Below, in pieces: positions 17,396 to 26,050 of a DNA stretch of 32,000 nucleotides. Origin of the DNA: Halogeometricum borinquense DSM 11551 (GTDB lineage: Archaea > Halobacteriota > Halobacteria > Halobacteriales > Haloferacaceae); contig NC_014731.1 in the NCBI RefSeq assembly GCF_000172995.2, positions 270,001 to 302,000 of the forward strand, written 5' to 3'. A program made the position numbers and the translations under genes. Position 1 is the first letter of the stretch, and every line of letters begins with the position of its first letter. The notes beneath the pieces are model-generated. The model saw only the letters and a program-made list of their open reading frames with translations, did not search any database and was not told the DNA's origin.

Positions 17396-18545
17396 CCGTT
17401 GATCCCTCTTTGACTGTCCTTCCTACACATTCTCTGTGTAGCATATTTTCTCGAAAATATTAGACTGGCTGTGGAATTCGGAGAACTGTATTCATAATGG
17501 GCCATCTCAACCACAAAAGTACTGATATATCTACAAATTCAGGGATGGGGGTGTAATTAGGTTACTGTATTTCATATATCAAGATATGTCTGTGTAATAT
17601 GCTAATATAAAATGGAATGTGGGTTGGACGATGACCAACTTGATCACTGGGGCTTGATTACTGTGGATTATCGCAATCGTGGCGTATACGTCGAAAATGA
17701 GAGTCGACTGTTTCCACAATTTATGGGTGAACGGTCAGGTGTGCGCTCGGTGGTGACTCGTAATCCACTACCTCCATGTAGCAGAACTCACTGTCAAGCA
17801 TTACAATAATATTGCTGTCACAGTATAAAATTCCAGTATAGATTCAAAATTACACTCGAGTTGGATTCGCCCCTGCAACGCTCTCGTTAGTTCGTCCCAC
17901 TCGCTTTTAGGTTTTGTTTGGACGCACGTCTCTCTATCTCACCGTGTACAGCGCCGGGAAAGGGGATCTAAAGTTGCTCTCGGGGTGTGTTGTAGACTGG
18001 CCGTTCGGCGGTTGATGGTTCATCGCGGCTAGTGCTGACTGTACTTCATGAACCGGAGATCGGACAGGCGTCTGGGCCATTACACAGGTATGATTGTAAT
18101 ATGGTACCTCTTGACGAGCCTGATCGTTCTCTGAGAGTAAGACAACCGGAACTTCTCTTTGATTTCGTAATACGAACGAATTGCTGCCAGTTCAGTAGTT
18201 ATCAGTTGGATCCACACTGTTTTGCCAAGACTGTTTCTGACACTCAAAATCGGGGATATCTGGAAGTATATCGCTTTTATCTCGCGTTTTAGGTTTTGCT
18301 GTCGTGACAAACAGCGATACCAATCTGTTACTATTACGAAATCCGCTATGGGCTGGGACGAGTCAGATGTTCATATCAACCAAGCCGTAGCTGATTCCAC
18401 GAGGTGAATTCAGGACACTATAGATATATGATATATAATATATTTGGCCATAGGATTATTATGCCATGTATGACAATGGCACTACAGGATACGTTCGGCA
18501 ATACTGCACACACGAGTGCAGTCGTCGAAAACGGTCCGATCAAGC

Positions 18546-20168
18546 ATGAAACAGAGTAGACGAGACTACCTACGGAACACGTCGGCCCTGTTTGCACTCC
18601 TCGGTGGTGCGGGCACGGCCGCAGCAGCAGAGACTCTCCCTAAATGGGACCCCGAAGCAACCTACACCGGCGGCGACCGCGTCACCCACGACGGCTATAT
18701 TTGGGAGGCCAAGTGGTGGACGAGAGGGACCGAACCGACCACCGACGCGAGCGTCTGGAAGCAGATCAAGCCGGTTGACGACGGTGGAGACGGTCCGAAA
18801 GCGTCGTTCACCGTGAGTGACCTCGTGATCAACCCCGGTGAAACAGTCGAATTCGATGCGAGTGGGTCCGGAGATACCGCTACCCAGTTCGATTGGGATT
18901 TCGGTGACGGAACGACTGGCTCCGGCGAAGTTGTCTCCCATACATACGAATCAGCGGGCGAGTACACGGTCACGCTGACTGTCACGGACGACTCCGGTGC
19001 GACCGGTTCGACGACGAAAGTCGTCACTGCGAGTGACGGCGGCATGCCGACGGACAAGCGCGTCGTCGGCTACTACATGCAGTGGGCACAGTGGGATCGC
19101 GAGTACACCCCCGGTGACATCCCGCTGGACAAGGTTACACACGTCAACTACGCGTTCCTGACCGTAAAGCAAGACGGGTCAGTTGCGTACATCAACGAGA
19201 ACGCGGCGATGCGGGTCCTCAAGCCCGAATCGTGGCACGACCACAAAGGATTCAACGAACTCGTTGACGACCCGACGACCAAGTTCCTGTTCTCCATCGG
19301 CGGTTGGAACGACTCGAAATACTTCTCGAACGCGGCCGAAACCGAAGCAAGCCGACAGCGCTTTGCGAAGACTGCCGTCGAGATCATGCGAGAACACAAC
19401 TTCGACGGCCTCGACATCGACTGGGAGTATCCCGGCGGTGGCGGAAAATCCGGGAACATCGTCCGCGACGGCGACAAAAAGCGCTACTCCGACCTGCTGG
19501 CTGCGGTTCGGGCCGAACTCGATGCTGCTGAAGAAGAGGACGGGCAGGAGTACCTGCTGACGACTGCGCTGTCTGCCGACCCGAAGAAAAACGAAGGCCT
19601 TGATCACCAGCGTAACACTGGTCTGCTCGACTTCGTGAACGTCATGACGTACGACTTCCACGGAGCGTTCGACGACTACACGAACCACCAGAGTCCGCTG
19701 TACTTCAAGGAGAACGATCCGTCCCCGCGGGCGGAAGACTTCAATGTCGATGCCGCGATGACCTACTGGGCGAACACCGCATTCGACAGCTCACAGCTCT
19801 CGATGGGGCTTCCGTTCTACGGTCGGAGCTTCGGGAACGTCGCCAGTAGTGATAACGGTGGCCTGTACCAGTCCTTCGAGGGGTCGCCCGACGGGACGTG
19901 GGGCCAGGACAACGGTATCATGGAGTTCTGGGATATCAACCAGAACCTCGAACCAAGCTCCGAGTACGAGTACTACTGGGACGATACGGCCAAAGTGCCG
20001 TGGATATACTCGGACAGCTCCGACGTACTCGTCAGCTACGACAATCCGAAGTCTATCGGCCTCAAAACGGACTACGCTGTCGATAACGACATCGGCGGGA
20101 TGATGTTTTGGGCGTTCTCGGGCGATAAAAACGAAGTGCTACTCGACACGCTCCTCGAACATCTCTGA
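18546..20168 (+). CDS. Secreted GH18 chitinase 1: Tat signal, CBM5/12 chitin-binding domain, PKD domain, classical GH18 catalytic domain
   Basis: The Tat motif is MKQSRRDYLRNTSALFALLGGAGTAAAA (the ORF opens at GTG 18516; ATG at 18546). The CBM5/12 signature is WDPEATYTGGDRVTHDGYIWEAKWWTRGTEP. The PKD signature is FDWDFGDGTTGSGEVVSHTYESAGEYTVTLTVTDDSG. The GH18 catalytic motif is FDGLDIDWEYP, with MTYDFHG and GGMMFWAFSGD. Confidence 0.93.
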   Translation: MKQSRRDYLRNTSALFALLGGAGTAAAAETLPKWDPEATYTGGDRVTHDGYIWEAKWWTRGTEPTTDASVWKQIKPVDDGGDGPKASFTVSDLVINPGETVEFDASGSGDTATQFDWDFGDGTTGSGEVVSHTYESAGEYTVTLTVTDDSGATGSTTKVVTASDGGMPTDKRVVGYYMQWAQWDREYTPGDIPLDKVTHVNYAFLTVKQDGSVAYINENAAMRVLKPESWHDHKGFNELVDDPTTKFLFSIGGWNDSKYFSNAAETEASRQRFAKTAVEIMREHNFDGLDIDWEYPGGGGKSGNIVRDGDKKRYSDLLAAVRAELDAAEEEDGQEYLLTTALSADPKKNEGLDHQRNTGLLDFVNVMTYDFHGAFDDYTNHQSPLYFKENDPSPRAEDFNVDAAMTYWANTAFDSSQLSMGLPFYGRSFGNVASSDNGGLYQSFEGSPDGTWGQDNGIMEFWDINQNLEPSSEYEYYWDDTAKVPWIYSDSSDVLVSYDNPKSIGLKTDYAVDNDIGGMMFWAFSGDKNEVLLDTLLEHL

Positions 20169-20227
20169 GGCACGCAGAAAAACAGCGAATACGCGGAGAG
20201 AGACTCGCAAACCCCCGCACAAACTGT

Positions 20228-20251
20228 GGCGCTCCCGTGGGATGGAGCGCC
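20228..20251 (+). terminator. Hairpin GGCGCTCC-N8-GGAGCGCC downstream of chitinase 1, followed by a T-rich tract
   Basis: Read directly: an 8-bp perfect stem at 20228-20235 and 20244-20251. The sequence ttaaattcttttaaaat begins about 15 nt downstream. It separates chitinase 1 from the promoter region of chitinase 2. Confidence 0.35.
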
Positions 20252-20454
20252 GAATAGCGGCTGTTAAATTCTTTTAAAATAAACTAAAACTTATCTGCCA
20301 CAATATTTAATAATAACTGGTAAGTACAGACTCCGTCGCCAGCAAGTCGGTGAGGATGTGCAAATCGGGGGAGGCCACAGGGTTTCCGAGCAGCGCTCTC
20401 AAAAGAGAGCGATTTCGACCGAAGCACGACTCACTGACGAGGGCGGCAACACCC

Positions 20455-22167
20455 ATGAGACAGAGCAGACGAAGCTACCTACGGAATACGTCAGCCCTGC
20501 TCGCACTCCTTTCGGGGGCGAGCGCAACCGCATCGGCAGCAGAAACACCGCCAGCGTGGGAACCCGACGTTGCGTACACGGGTGGAGACCGGGTCACTCA
20601 CGACGGTTATATTTGGGAGGCCAAGTGGTGGACGAAAGGCGACGAACCAACCACCGACGCCAACATGTGGAAGCAAATCGGAGAGGCCGGCGGTGGAGGC
20701 GGCCTCAAGGCGTCGTTCACTGTGAGCGACTCCTACGTCGAGCCGGGTGTCGAGGTCGCGTTCGACGCAAGCGGGTCCAGTGGAAGCCCAACGAGTTACC
20801 AGTGGGACTTCGGCGACGGAACGACCGGCTCCGGAAAAACCACGTCGCATACCTACGAGTCGGAACAGGAGTATACGGTCACGCTCACCGTCGAAAACGA
20901 GGACGGAAGTGACACGACATCGAGACAACTCACCGTCTCGCAGAATGCGCCGTCGGACGAGTTTAGCGTCGTCGGTTACTATCCGAGTTGGAAGGGCAAC
21001 GAGGACTATCAGTACTATCCTGAGGACATACCCTTCGATAAGGTAACAGACGTACTGTACGCGTTCCTCAACGTCAAGTCGGACGGCAGTGTGGTTATTC
21101 CGGACAGCAATGTCGATCACGAGGGCCTGCTCCAGTCGTTTGCCGACCTCAAGCAGGGTCCAGCGTCGGATACGACGCTCAAACTCTCCATCGGTGGCTG
21201 GGCACTTTCACCCGGCTTCGAAGACGCCGCTGCGACCGAGGAGAACCGGACGAGATTCGCGGAGACCGCAGTCGCGCTCATGCAGAAGTACGACTTCGAC
21301 GGCATTGACATCGACTGGGAGCACCCCGGTCCGAACAGGGGGATCTGCGAGTGCGGAAGTCAGAAAGGCCCGGCGCACCACGTCAAACTCCTCAAAGCTG
21401 TTCGGGATAAACTCGACGCTGTCGAGGAAGAAGACGGGCGGACGTACTACCTCTCGGTCGCAAACGGCGGCTCTGATTGGAACGCCGCGCTCGTCAAGCA
21501 CCGCGAGGTCGAACGCGTCGTCGATGAAATCTACATGATGGCGTACGATTTCACCGGCGTCTGGCACCAGACAGCCGGCCTGAACGCGCCCATCTACGGT
21601 ACTCCGAAGGACTACCCGCCGGATGGTGACGCCCAGCAGTACACCGTCGAAACGACGCTCGAAATCTGGAAAGAGCAGGGATACTGGGTCGATTGGATGC
21701 AGTGGGAAGATTACGGAGAACCGGTCGAAGACCCCGCGAGTCTCGTCCTCGGACTCCCGTTCTACGGCCGTGGCTGTAAGGTCGAAAACGGGATTTGGGA
21801 CACCTTCTCGCTAGCCGAGTGGCAACAGGGCGACCCGAAGCATCAAAACGAAGTTATCCCGCCGGGAACGTGGAATCACCTGCTCGGCCCCGACCAAGCC
21901 AATACCGGCGCGTTCGACTACGGCGACCTCGAAGAGAACTACGAGGGTGCAGACGGCTGGGAGAAGAACGTCAACGAGCAGGGTCAGGTACCGTGGCTCT
22001 GGAACGAAGAGAAGGGAATATTCATCAGTTACGACGACCCCGCATCCATCGAAGAGAAGGTCAAACTCGCCCAATCGGAAGGTCTCGGCGGCGTCATGTT
22101 CTGGGAACTATCACAGGACTACAACGGGACGCTTCTCGACGCTATCCACGGGCAGATAAACCAATGA
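20455..22167 (+). CDS. Secreted GH18 chitinase 2: Tat signal, CBM5/12, PKD, classical GH18 catalytic domain
   Basis: The Tat motif is MRQSRRSYLRNTSALLALLSGASATASA (ATG at 20455; the ORF is open from 20350). CBM5/12 is WEPDVAYTGGDRVTHDGYIWEAKWWTKGDEP. PKD is YQWDFGDGTTGSGKTTSHTYESEQEYTVTLTVENEDG. The GH18 motif is FDGIDIDWEHP, with MAYDFTG and GGVMFWELSQD. Confidence 0.93.
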   Translation: MRQSRRSYLRNTSALLALLSGASATASAAETPPAWEPDVAYTGGDRVTHDGYIWEAKWWTKGDEPTTDANMWKQIGEAGGGGGLKASFTVSDSYVEPGVEVAFDASGSSGSPTSYQWDFGDGTTGSGKTTSHTYESEQEYTVTLTVENEDGSDTTSRQLTVSQNAPSDEFSVVGYYPSWKGNEDYQYYPEDIPFDKVTDVLYAFLNVKSDGSVVIPDSNVDHEGLLQSFADLKQGPASDTTLKLSIGGWALSPGFEDAAATEENRTRFAETAVALMQKYDFDGIDIDWEHPGPNRGICECGSQKGPAHHVKLLKAVRDKLDAVEEEDGRTYYLSVANGGSDWNAALVKHREVERVVDEIYMMAYDFTGVWHQTAGLNAPIYGTPKDYPPDGDAQQYTVETTLEIWKEQGYWVDWMQWEDYGEPVEDPASLVLGLPFYGRGCKVENGIWDTFSLAEWQQGDPKHQNEVIPPGTWNHLLGPDQANTGAFDYGDLEENYEGADGWEKNVNEQGQVPWLWNEEKGIFISYDDPASIEEKVKLAQSEGLGGVMFWELSQDYNGTLLDAIHGQINQ

Positions 22168-23603
22168 AGCGGAATCGGCGCTCACTACTCCAGTCTCTGG
22201 CGGGACTCGCCGGAGTTTCCGGTCTTTCAGCGGTCGGCGTCCAGTCTGTGGCGGCCAGCGACCCGCCGCAGTGGGACCCCGATACGGTCTACACCGACGG
22301 CGACCGCGTCGTCCACGACGCCCACATTTGGGAAGCAAAGTGGTGGACGAAAGGCGACGAGCCGACCGCCGACGCCAACATGTGGAAGGGAATCGGACCG
22401 GCGGACGGTATCGGTGATTCACCGACGGCCGCGTTCGATCTGAGCGCCACGTTCGTCCAACCCGGAACTGAAATCACGTGTGACGCCAGCGCGTCAACCG
22501 GTGATCTGAGCAGCTACGAGTGGGATTTCGGTGATGGGACGACAAAGACCGAACTCACCACTTCCCACACGTACGACACGACCGGCGAGTACACTATCTC
22601 GTTGACCGTCACCGACGCCGACGGGAACACCGCCGACGCGACGCAGAAACTTACAGTCGATGCCGACGGTGTCCCATCGGCAAACTCCATTCCGGACAGC
22701 GTCTTTGCTCCGTACACCGATCTGATGCTGGAAGATCAGCGCTCGCTCGCGGCCAACGTCGAGGCGGCCGGAACGAAGTACTTCACGCTCGCGTTCGTCC
22801 TCGCCGATGGGGATAACGAACCTGCGTGGGCCGGAAGCCAGAAGGTCGGTGAACCGAGCAACTGGCTCGATGTCGGTACGCAACTCACCGAACTCAGAAA
22901 CCAACACGGTGGTGAGGTAATCGTCTCCTTCGGCGGTCTCAACGGGACGTACCTCGCGGAAGCCATCACGAGCGCAAGCGAGTTGAAAGACGCCTACGCT
23001 ACGGTGGTCGATACGTACGATCTCACGTTCATCGACTTCGACGAGGAGTCGCTTATCAGCCGCGACGAGGAGGGAATACGTCGCCGGAACGAAGCGCTGG
23101 TCATGTTGCAGGAAGAGTATCCCGACCTACGCGTGTCGTACACACTCCCAGTCATGCCGTCGGGGTTCCCCGATCACTCCTCGAACGACGTGCTGTACGT
23201 CCTCGAGGACGCCGTCTCGAAAGGCGTCGAACTCGAAGCTGTCAACCTTATGGCCATGGACTACGGCGCTGACATCAAGCCGAACGGCGAAAACGCAATC
23301 AGCGCGGCCGAGAACGTCCACACGCAACTCGGTGAGCTCTATCCCGACAAGTCAGCTTCCGAACGCTGGAGTATGATCGGACTCACACCGATGATCGGTG
23401 TCAACGACATCGGCGGGACGTTCTATCAAGAAGCTGCCCAGCAGGTGCGTGAGTTCGCACAGCAAAACGACCTCCGATGGCTATCGTTCTGGGAACTCGT
23501 CCGCGATAACGGTGAGGGAGACAAACTCTACGAGAGTACCCTCATCGAGCAGGAACCGTTCGAATTCTCGTCCATCTTCAATCCATTCACAACCCAACAA
23601 TGA
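22164..23603 (+). CDS. Secreted GH18 chitinase 3: Tat signal, CBM5/12, PKD, compact PF-ChiA-like GH18 catalytic domain
   Basis: The start ATG at 22164 overlaps the stop of chitinase 2 (ATGA). The Tat motif is MKRNRRSLLQSLAGLAGVSGLSAVGVQSVAA. CBM5/12 is WDPDTVYTDGDRVVHDAHIWEAKWWTKGDEP, and the PKD motif is present. The catalytic part has YFTLAFVLADGDNEPAWAG, VIVSFGGLNGTYLAE, the DxDxE motif in LTFIDFDEES, RVSYTLPVMPSGF and VNLMAMDYG. This pattern matches the Pyrococcus/Thermococcus ChiA-like GH18 subgroup. Confidence 0.9.
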   Translation: MKRNRRSLLQSLAGLAGVSGLSAVGVQSVAASDPPQWDPDTVYTDGDRVVHDAHIWEAKWWTKGDEPTADANMWKGIGPADGIGDSPTAAFDLSATFVQPGTEITCDASASTGDLSSYEWDFGDGTTKTELTTSHTYDTTGEYTISLTVTDADGNTADATQKLTVDADGVPSANSIPDSVFAPYTDLMLEDQRSLAANVEAAGTKYFTLAFVLADGDNEPAWAGSQKVGEPSNWLDVGTQLTELRNQHGGEVIVSFGGLNGTYLAEAITSASELKDAYATVVDTYDLTFIDFDEESLISRDEEGIRRRNEALVMLQEEYPDLRVSYTLPVMPSGFPDHSSNDVLYVLEDAVSKGVELEAVNLMAMDYGADIKPNGENAISAAENVHTQLGELYPDKSASERWSMIGLTPMIGVNDIGGTFYQEAAQQVREFAQQNDLRWLSFWELVRDNGEGDKLYESTLIEQEPFEFSSIFNPFTTQQ

Positions 23604-25021
23604 CACAAGACCGTCGAAGCTACCTTCGGAACGTATCAGCACTCATCACGTCGGTTGCTGGCGTGAGCGCAGCATCAACTACGGTATCGGCCGAATCGCC
23701 GCCAAAATGGGACGAAACCACGCTGTATCAGAAAGGCGACCGAGTTACCCACGAGGGCTACATCTGGGAAGCCGATATCGCCTCACGAAACGCCGAACCG
23801 TCCACGGGGTCTGCCTACTGGACGAAAGTCGGTGACGACGGGGGCGGCGGTGGCGAGGACTTGACGGCGGCATTTACTGTCAGTGACTCCACCGTCACGC
23901 CGGGGACGTCAGTCTCGTTCGACGCCAGTGAATCCACTGGAACAATCGAGAGCTACGATTGGTCCTTCAGTGACGGCGCAAGCGCAACTGGCAAAACCGT
24001 CTCACACTCGTTCGCATCGACTGGTTCGTATATGGTCAAACTCACCGTCGCCGGAGCAGACGGTGGGACCGATACGACGGATAAGACCGTCACCGTCGAA
24101 TCAGCGGACGACGGAGGCGAAACTCCAACAGGAAGCCTCCCGTCAAACGTCTTCGCACCGTACGACCACGTCTCGACGAACTCGACGACGGCACCGATAG
24201 ACCACGCCGAAAAGGCGGGAACGAACTACTTCCATCTCGCCTTCGTCCTCGCAGGACCGGATGGGAAACCGGCGTGGGACGGCGATTCGAACCAACTCGT
24301 CGGTGACTCGTCTGTTGACGGCTATATCAACGACATTCACGATGCTGGCGGCGAGGCCATCATCGCCTTCGGTGGGGCGGCAGGTCCGTATCTCGCCGAC
24401 GGAACCGACGACCCGGAAGTTCTTGCCGACCGCTTCGAGACGGTCGTCGATGCATACGATGCGACCCATCTGGACATCGACGAGGAGGCGTTCGCTATGA
24501 GTACAGTCAAGCGTCGAAACAAGGCGCTCGCAACGCTTCAGGAGCGACGCCCCGAGGTCAGCGTCTCATTCACCCTGCCGACATCAACGAAGGGGCTGAC
24601 CGCACAGGGCAAAGACGTGCTTCAGGACGCCATCGACAAGGGAGTCACCATCGATACGGTGAACATCATGACGATGAACTACGGCTGGGTCGAACCGAGC
24701 GGTGACATCGTGACCAAGTCGGCCAGCAACCTTCACGACGATCTTGCCGACCTCTTCCCGGATAAATCGGCTGACGAACGCTGGAGTATGGTCGGAATCA
24801 CACCGATGATTGGTGTGAATAACGTCGGCGGGAAGTTCACGCAATCCGATGCAAAGCAGGTTCTCACCTTCGCGCAGGACAACGACATCGGCCTACTGTC
24901 GTTCTGGTCTATCGACCGAGACAACGGGAACGGATCCGGGGAGGTATCGCCCACGAAGAGCGGCATCGAACAGGAACCGTACGAGTTCTCGTCCATCTTC
25001 AACCCGTTCACGAGCGAGTGA
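23600..25021 (+). CDS. Secreted GH18 chitinase 4: Tat signal, CBM5/12, PKD, compact PF-ChiA-like GH18 catalytic domain
   Basis: The start ATG at 23600 overlaps the stop of chitinase 3 (ATGA). The Tat motif is MTQDRRSYLRNVSALITSVAGVSAAST. CBM5/12 is WDETTLYQKGDRVTHEGYIWEA, and PKD is YDWSFSDGASATGKTVSHSFASTGSYMVKLTV. The catalytic part has YFHLAFVLAGPDGKPAWDG, AIIAFGGAAGPYLAD, HLDIDEEAF, VSFTLPTSTKGL and VNIMTMNYG. The C-terminus IEQEPYEFSSIFNPFT is nearly identical to that of chitinase 3. Confidence 0.9.
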   Translation: MTQDRRSYLRNVSALITSVAGVSAASTTVSAESPPKWDETTLYQKGDRVTHEGYIWEADIASRNAEPSTGSAYWTKVGDDGGGGGEDLTAAFTVSDSTVTPGTSVSFDASESTGTIESYDWSFSDGASATGKTVSHSFASTGSYMVKLTVAGADGGTDTTDKTVTVESADDGGETPTGSLPSNVFAPYDHVSTNSTTAPIDHAEKAGTNYFHLAFVLAGPDGKPAWDGDSNQLVGDSSVDGYINDIHDAGGEAIIAFGGAAGPYLADGTDDPEVLADRFETVVDAYDATHLDIDEEAFAMSTVKRRNKALATLQERRPEVSVSFTLPTSTKGLTAQGKDVLQDAIDKGVTIDTVNIMTMNYGWVEPSGDIVTKSASNLHDDLADLFPDKSADERWSMVGITPMIGVNNVGGKFTQSDAKQVLTFAQDNDIGLLSFWSIDRDNGNGSGEVSPTKSGIEQEPYEFSSIFNPFTSE

Positions 25022-25039
25022 ACTGGCCTGTCGCTAGCC

Positions 25040-25073
25040 GCTGACTCGCCGGAATCGGTTTCCGGCTGTCAGC
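25040..25073. terminator. Long imperfect hairpin between convergent genes (GCTGAC-tc-GCCGGAA-tcggt-TTCCGGC-t-GTCAGC)
   Basis: Read directly. It lies between the stop of chitinase 4 (25021) and the stop of the IclR gene (25115). It may be a bidirectional terminator or RNA-stabilising structure. Confidence 0.4.
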
Positions 25074-25114
25074 CTCTCTCGTGTGGACGAAAACGACTCG
25101 TTCACGGACGTCCT

Positions 25115-25858
25115 TCAGAGCAATTCTTTGGTCCGACGAACTGTCCCGAGCACCATCCCTGGAATGTTTTCTTCGAGCCGTTTGTTACTCAATCGGTCGG
25201 CGTGGCCGACAACGTACACGGCGGCTACCTCGCCGTCGTGTTCGAATGCGACTGCGACTCCGTTTTGGTCCGTGCGTTGTTCTCCTCGCTCAATGGCAAT
25301 GCCGCGCTCGCGGATATTCGACAAGTCGCCTGCGAGCACATCCGCGTCTGTGATCGTGTTGTCCGTGCGCGCGGGAAGGCCGGCAGCGTCGAGAACGTCC
25401 TCAACCTGCTCGTCAGAGAGATGTGCCAGAATCGCTTTTCCCGGCGCAGTACAGTGGAGGTGTTCGTCTATTTCGACTGTCTCAGAGCTGTCACTGGTCG
25501 ATTGGTAGAGGTTGACGCCGTAGGAGCCTTGCTTAACGAAGAGTCCCGCGGTCTCGTTGGTCGTCTCGGCCAGTTGGTCGATCAGTTCGTTCGAGGTGCG
25601 GTACAGCGGAGAGCGTCCCCGGATACGGGTTCCGAACAGGACGAATCGGTACGACAGTGAGTATTCCACGCCAACCTTTCTGACGTATCCGAGTTCGCGC
25701 AGCGTCGCGAGATGCTTATAGGTCGTACTTCGTGTGAAGTCGAGTTCGTCGGCCAGAGCCGAGACACCAACCGGACCGTCACGGTCCGCCATCGCTTCGA
25801 TGAGGGCGAACGTCTTTTTCGGCGCGGAGAGCGTCGGCACCTGACTCCATTCTGTCAT
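25115..25858 (-). CDS. IclR-family transcriptional regulator
   Basis: 247 aa, ATG at 25858. The N-terminal wHTH is KKTFALIEAMADRDGPVGVSALADELDFTRSTTYKHLATLRELGYVRK. The C-terminal IclR effector domain has TDNTITDADVLAGDLSNIRERGIAIERGEQRTDQNGVAVAF. Confidence 0.9.
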   Translation of the reverse strand: MTEWSQVPTLSAPKKTFALIEAMADRDGPVGVSALADELDFTRSTTYKHLATLRELGYVRKVGVEYSLSYRFVLFGTRIRGRSPLYRTSNELIDQLAETTNETAGLFVKQGSYGVNLYQSTSDSSETVEIDEHLHCTAPGKAILAHLSDEQVEDVLDAAGLPARTDNTITDADVLAGDLSNIRERGIAIERGEQRTDQNGVAVAFEHDGEVAAVYVVGHADRLSNKRLEENIPGMVLGTVRRTKELL

Positions 25859-26050
25859 ATCATCACATCGGACAAGAGTGGTTTAACGGTTTCGCGGAAT
25901 TTAGTGGGACCGTCGTCTATCGACCGACCGTGAGTAGGCGTTGCCGGTCATCGCTCGATCAGTGAGCGGGTCGATAAACTAGACAGTCCCGGCCAGTACT
26001 ATCGAGATTCTCGAACAGTATTGAGAATCGATGCCTGTTGTCGTTGCGGA

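Noticed and set aside
17612-17809. A 65-aa ORF in the AT-rich island
   Set aside because: It has no motif, atypical composition, and no obvious promoter or partner gene. It could be a small protein, but the sequence alone gives no support.
17901-18298. The TTTTAGG half-site inside the repeated TCGC(G)TTTTAGGTTTTG motif, as a possible extra site of the comA-cluster palindrome regulon
   Set aside because: Only a single half-site is present at each location, with no inverted partner at the N4 spacing. In AT-rich DNA a 7-mer match is expected by chance.
20350-20454. A 35-codon N-terminal extension of chitinase 2 (GTG at 20350 or ATG at 20356), and the similar 10-codon extension of chitinase 1 (GTG at 18516)
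   Set aside because: Tat signals normally start a few residues before the RR motif. The paralogous genes 3 and 4 start directly at M-x-x-x-R-R. I cannot fully exclude the extensions without TSS data.
20491-21120. A 209-aa minus-strand ORF, with other antisense or alternate-frame ORFs across the chitinase genes (18570..18941, 19179..19688, 21208..21567, 22494..22907, 24143..24469 and others)
   Set aside because: The plus-strand frames encode complete Tat-CBM-PKD-GH18 architectures. The antisense products are basic and featureless.
21795-22163. A 123-codon N-terminal extension of the chitinase 3 ORF, overlapping the end of chitinase 2
   Set aside because: The extension is Arg-rich and lies inside the chitinase 2 coding sequence. 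The Tat signal peptide begins at the ATG at 22164, which forms an ATGA overlap with the upstream stop codon.
25995-26035. An imperfect inverted repeat ATCGAGATTCTC-N10-GAGAATCGAT between the phosphatase stop codon and the IclR upstream region, considered as a terminator or IclR operator
   Set aside because: The arms are imperfect (an indel in one arm), no U-tract follows on the relevant strand, and the motif occurs only once. I cannot distinguish it from chance.
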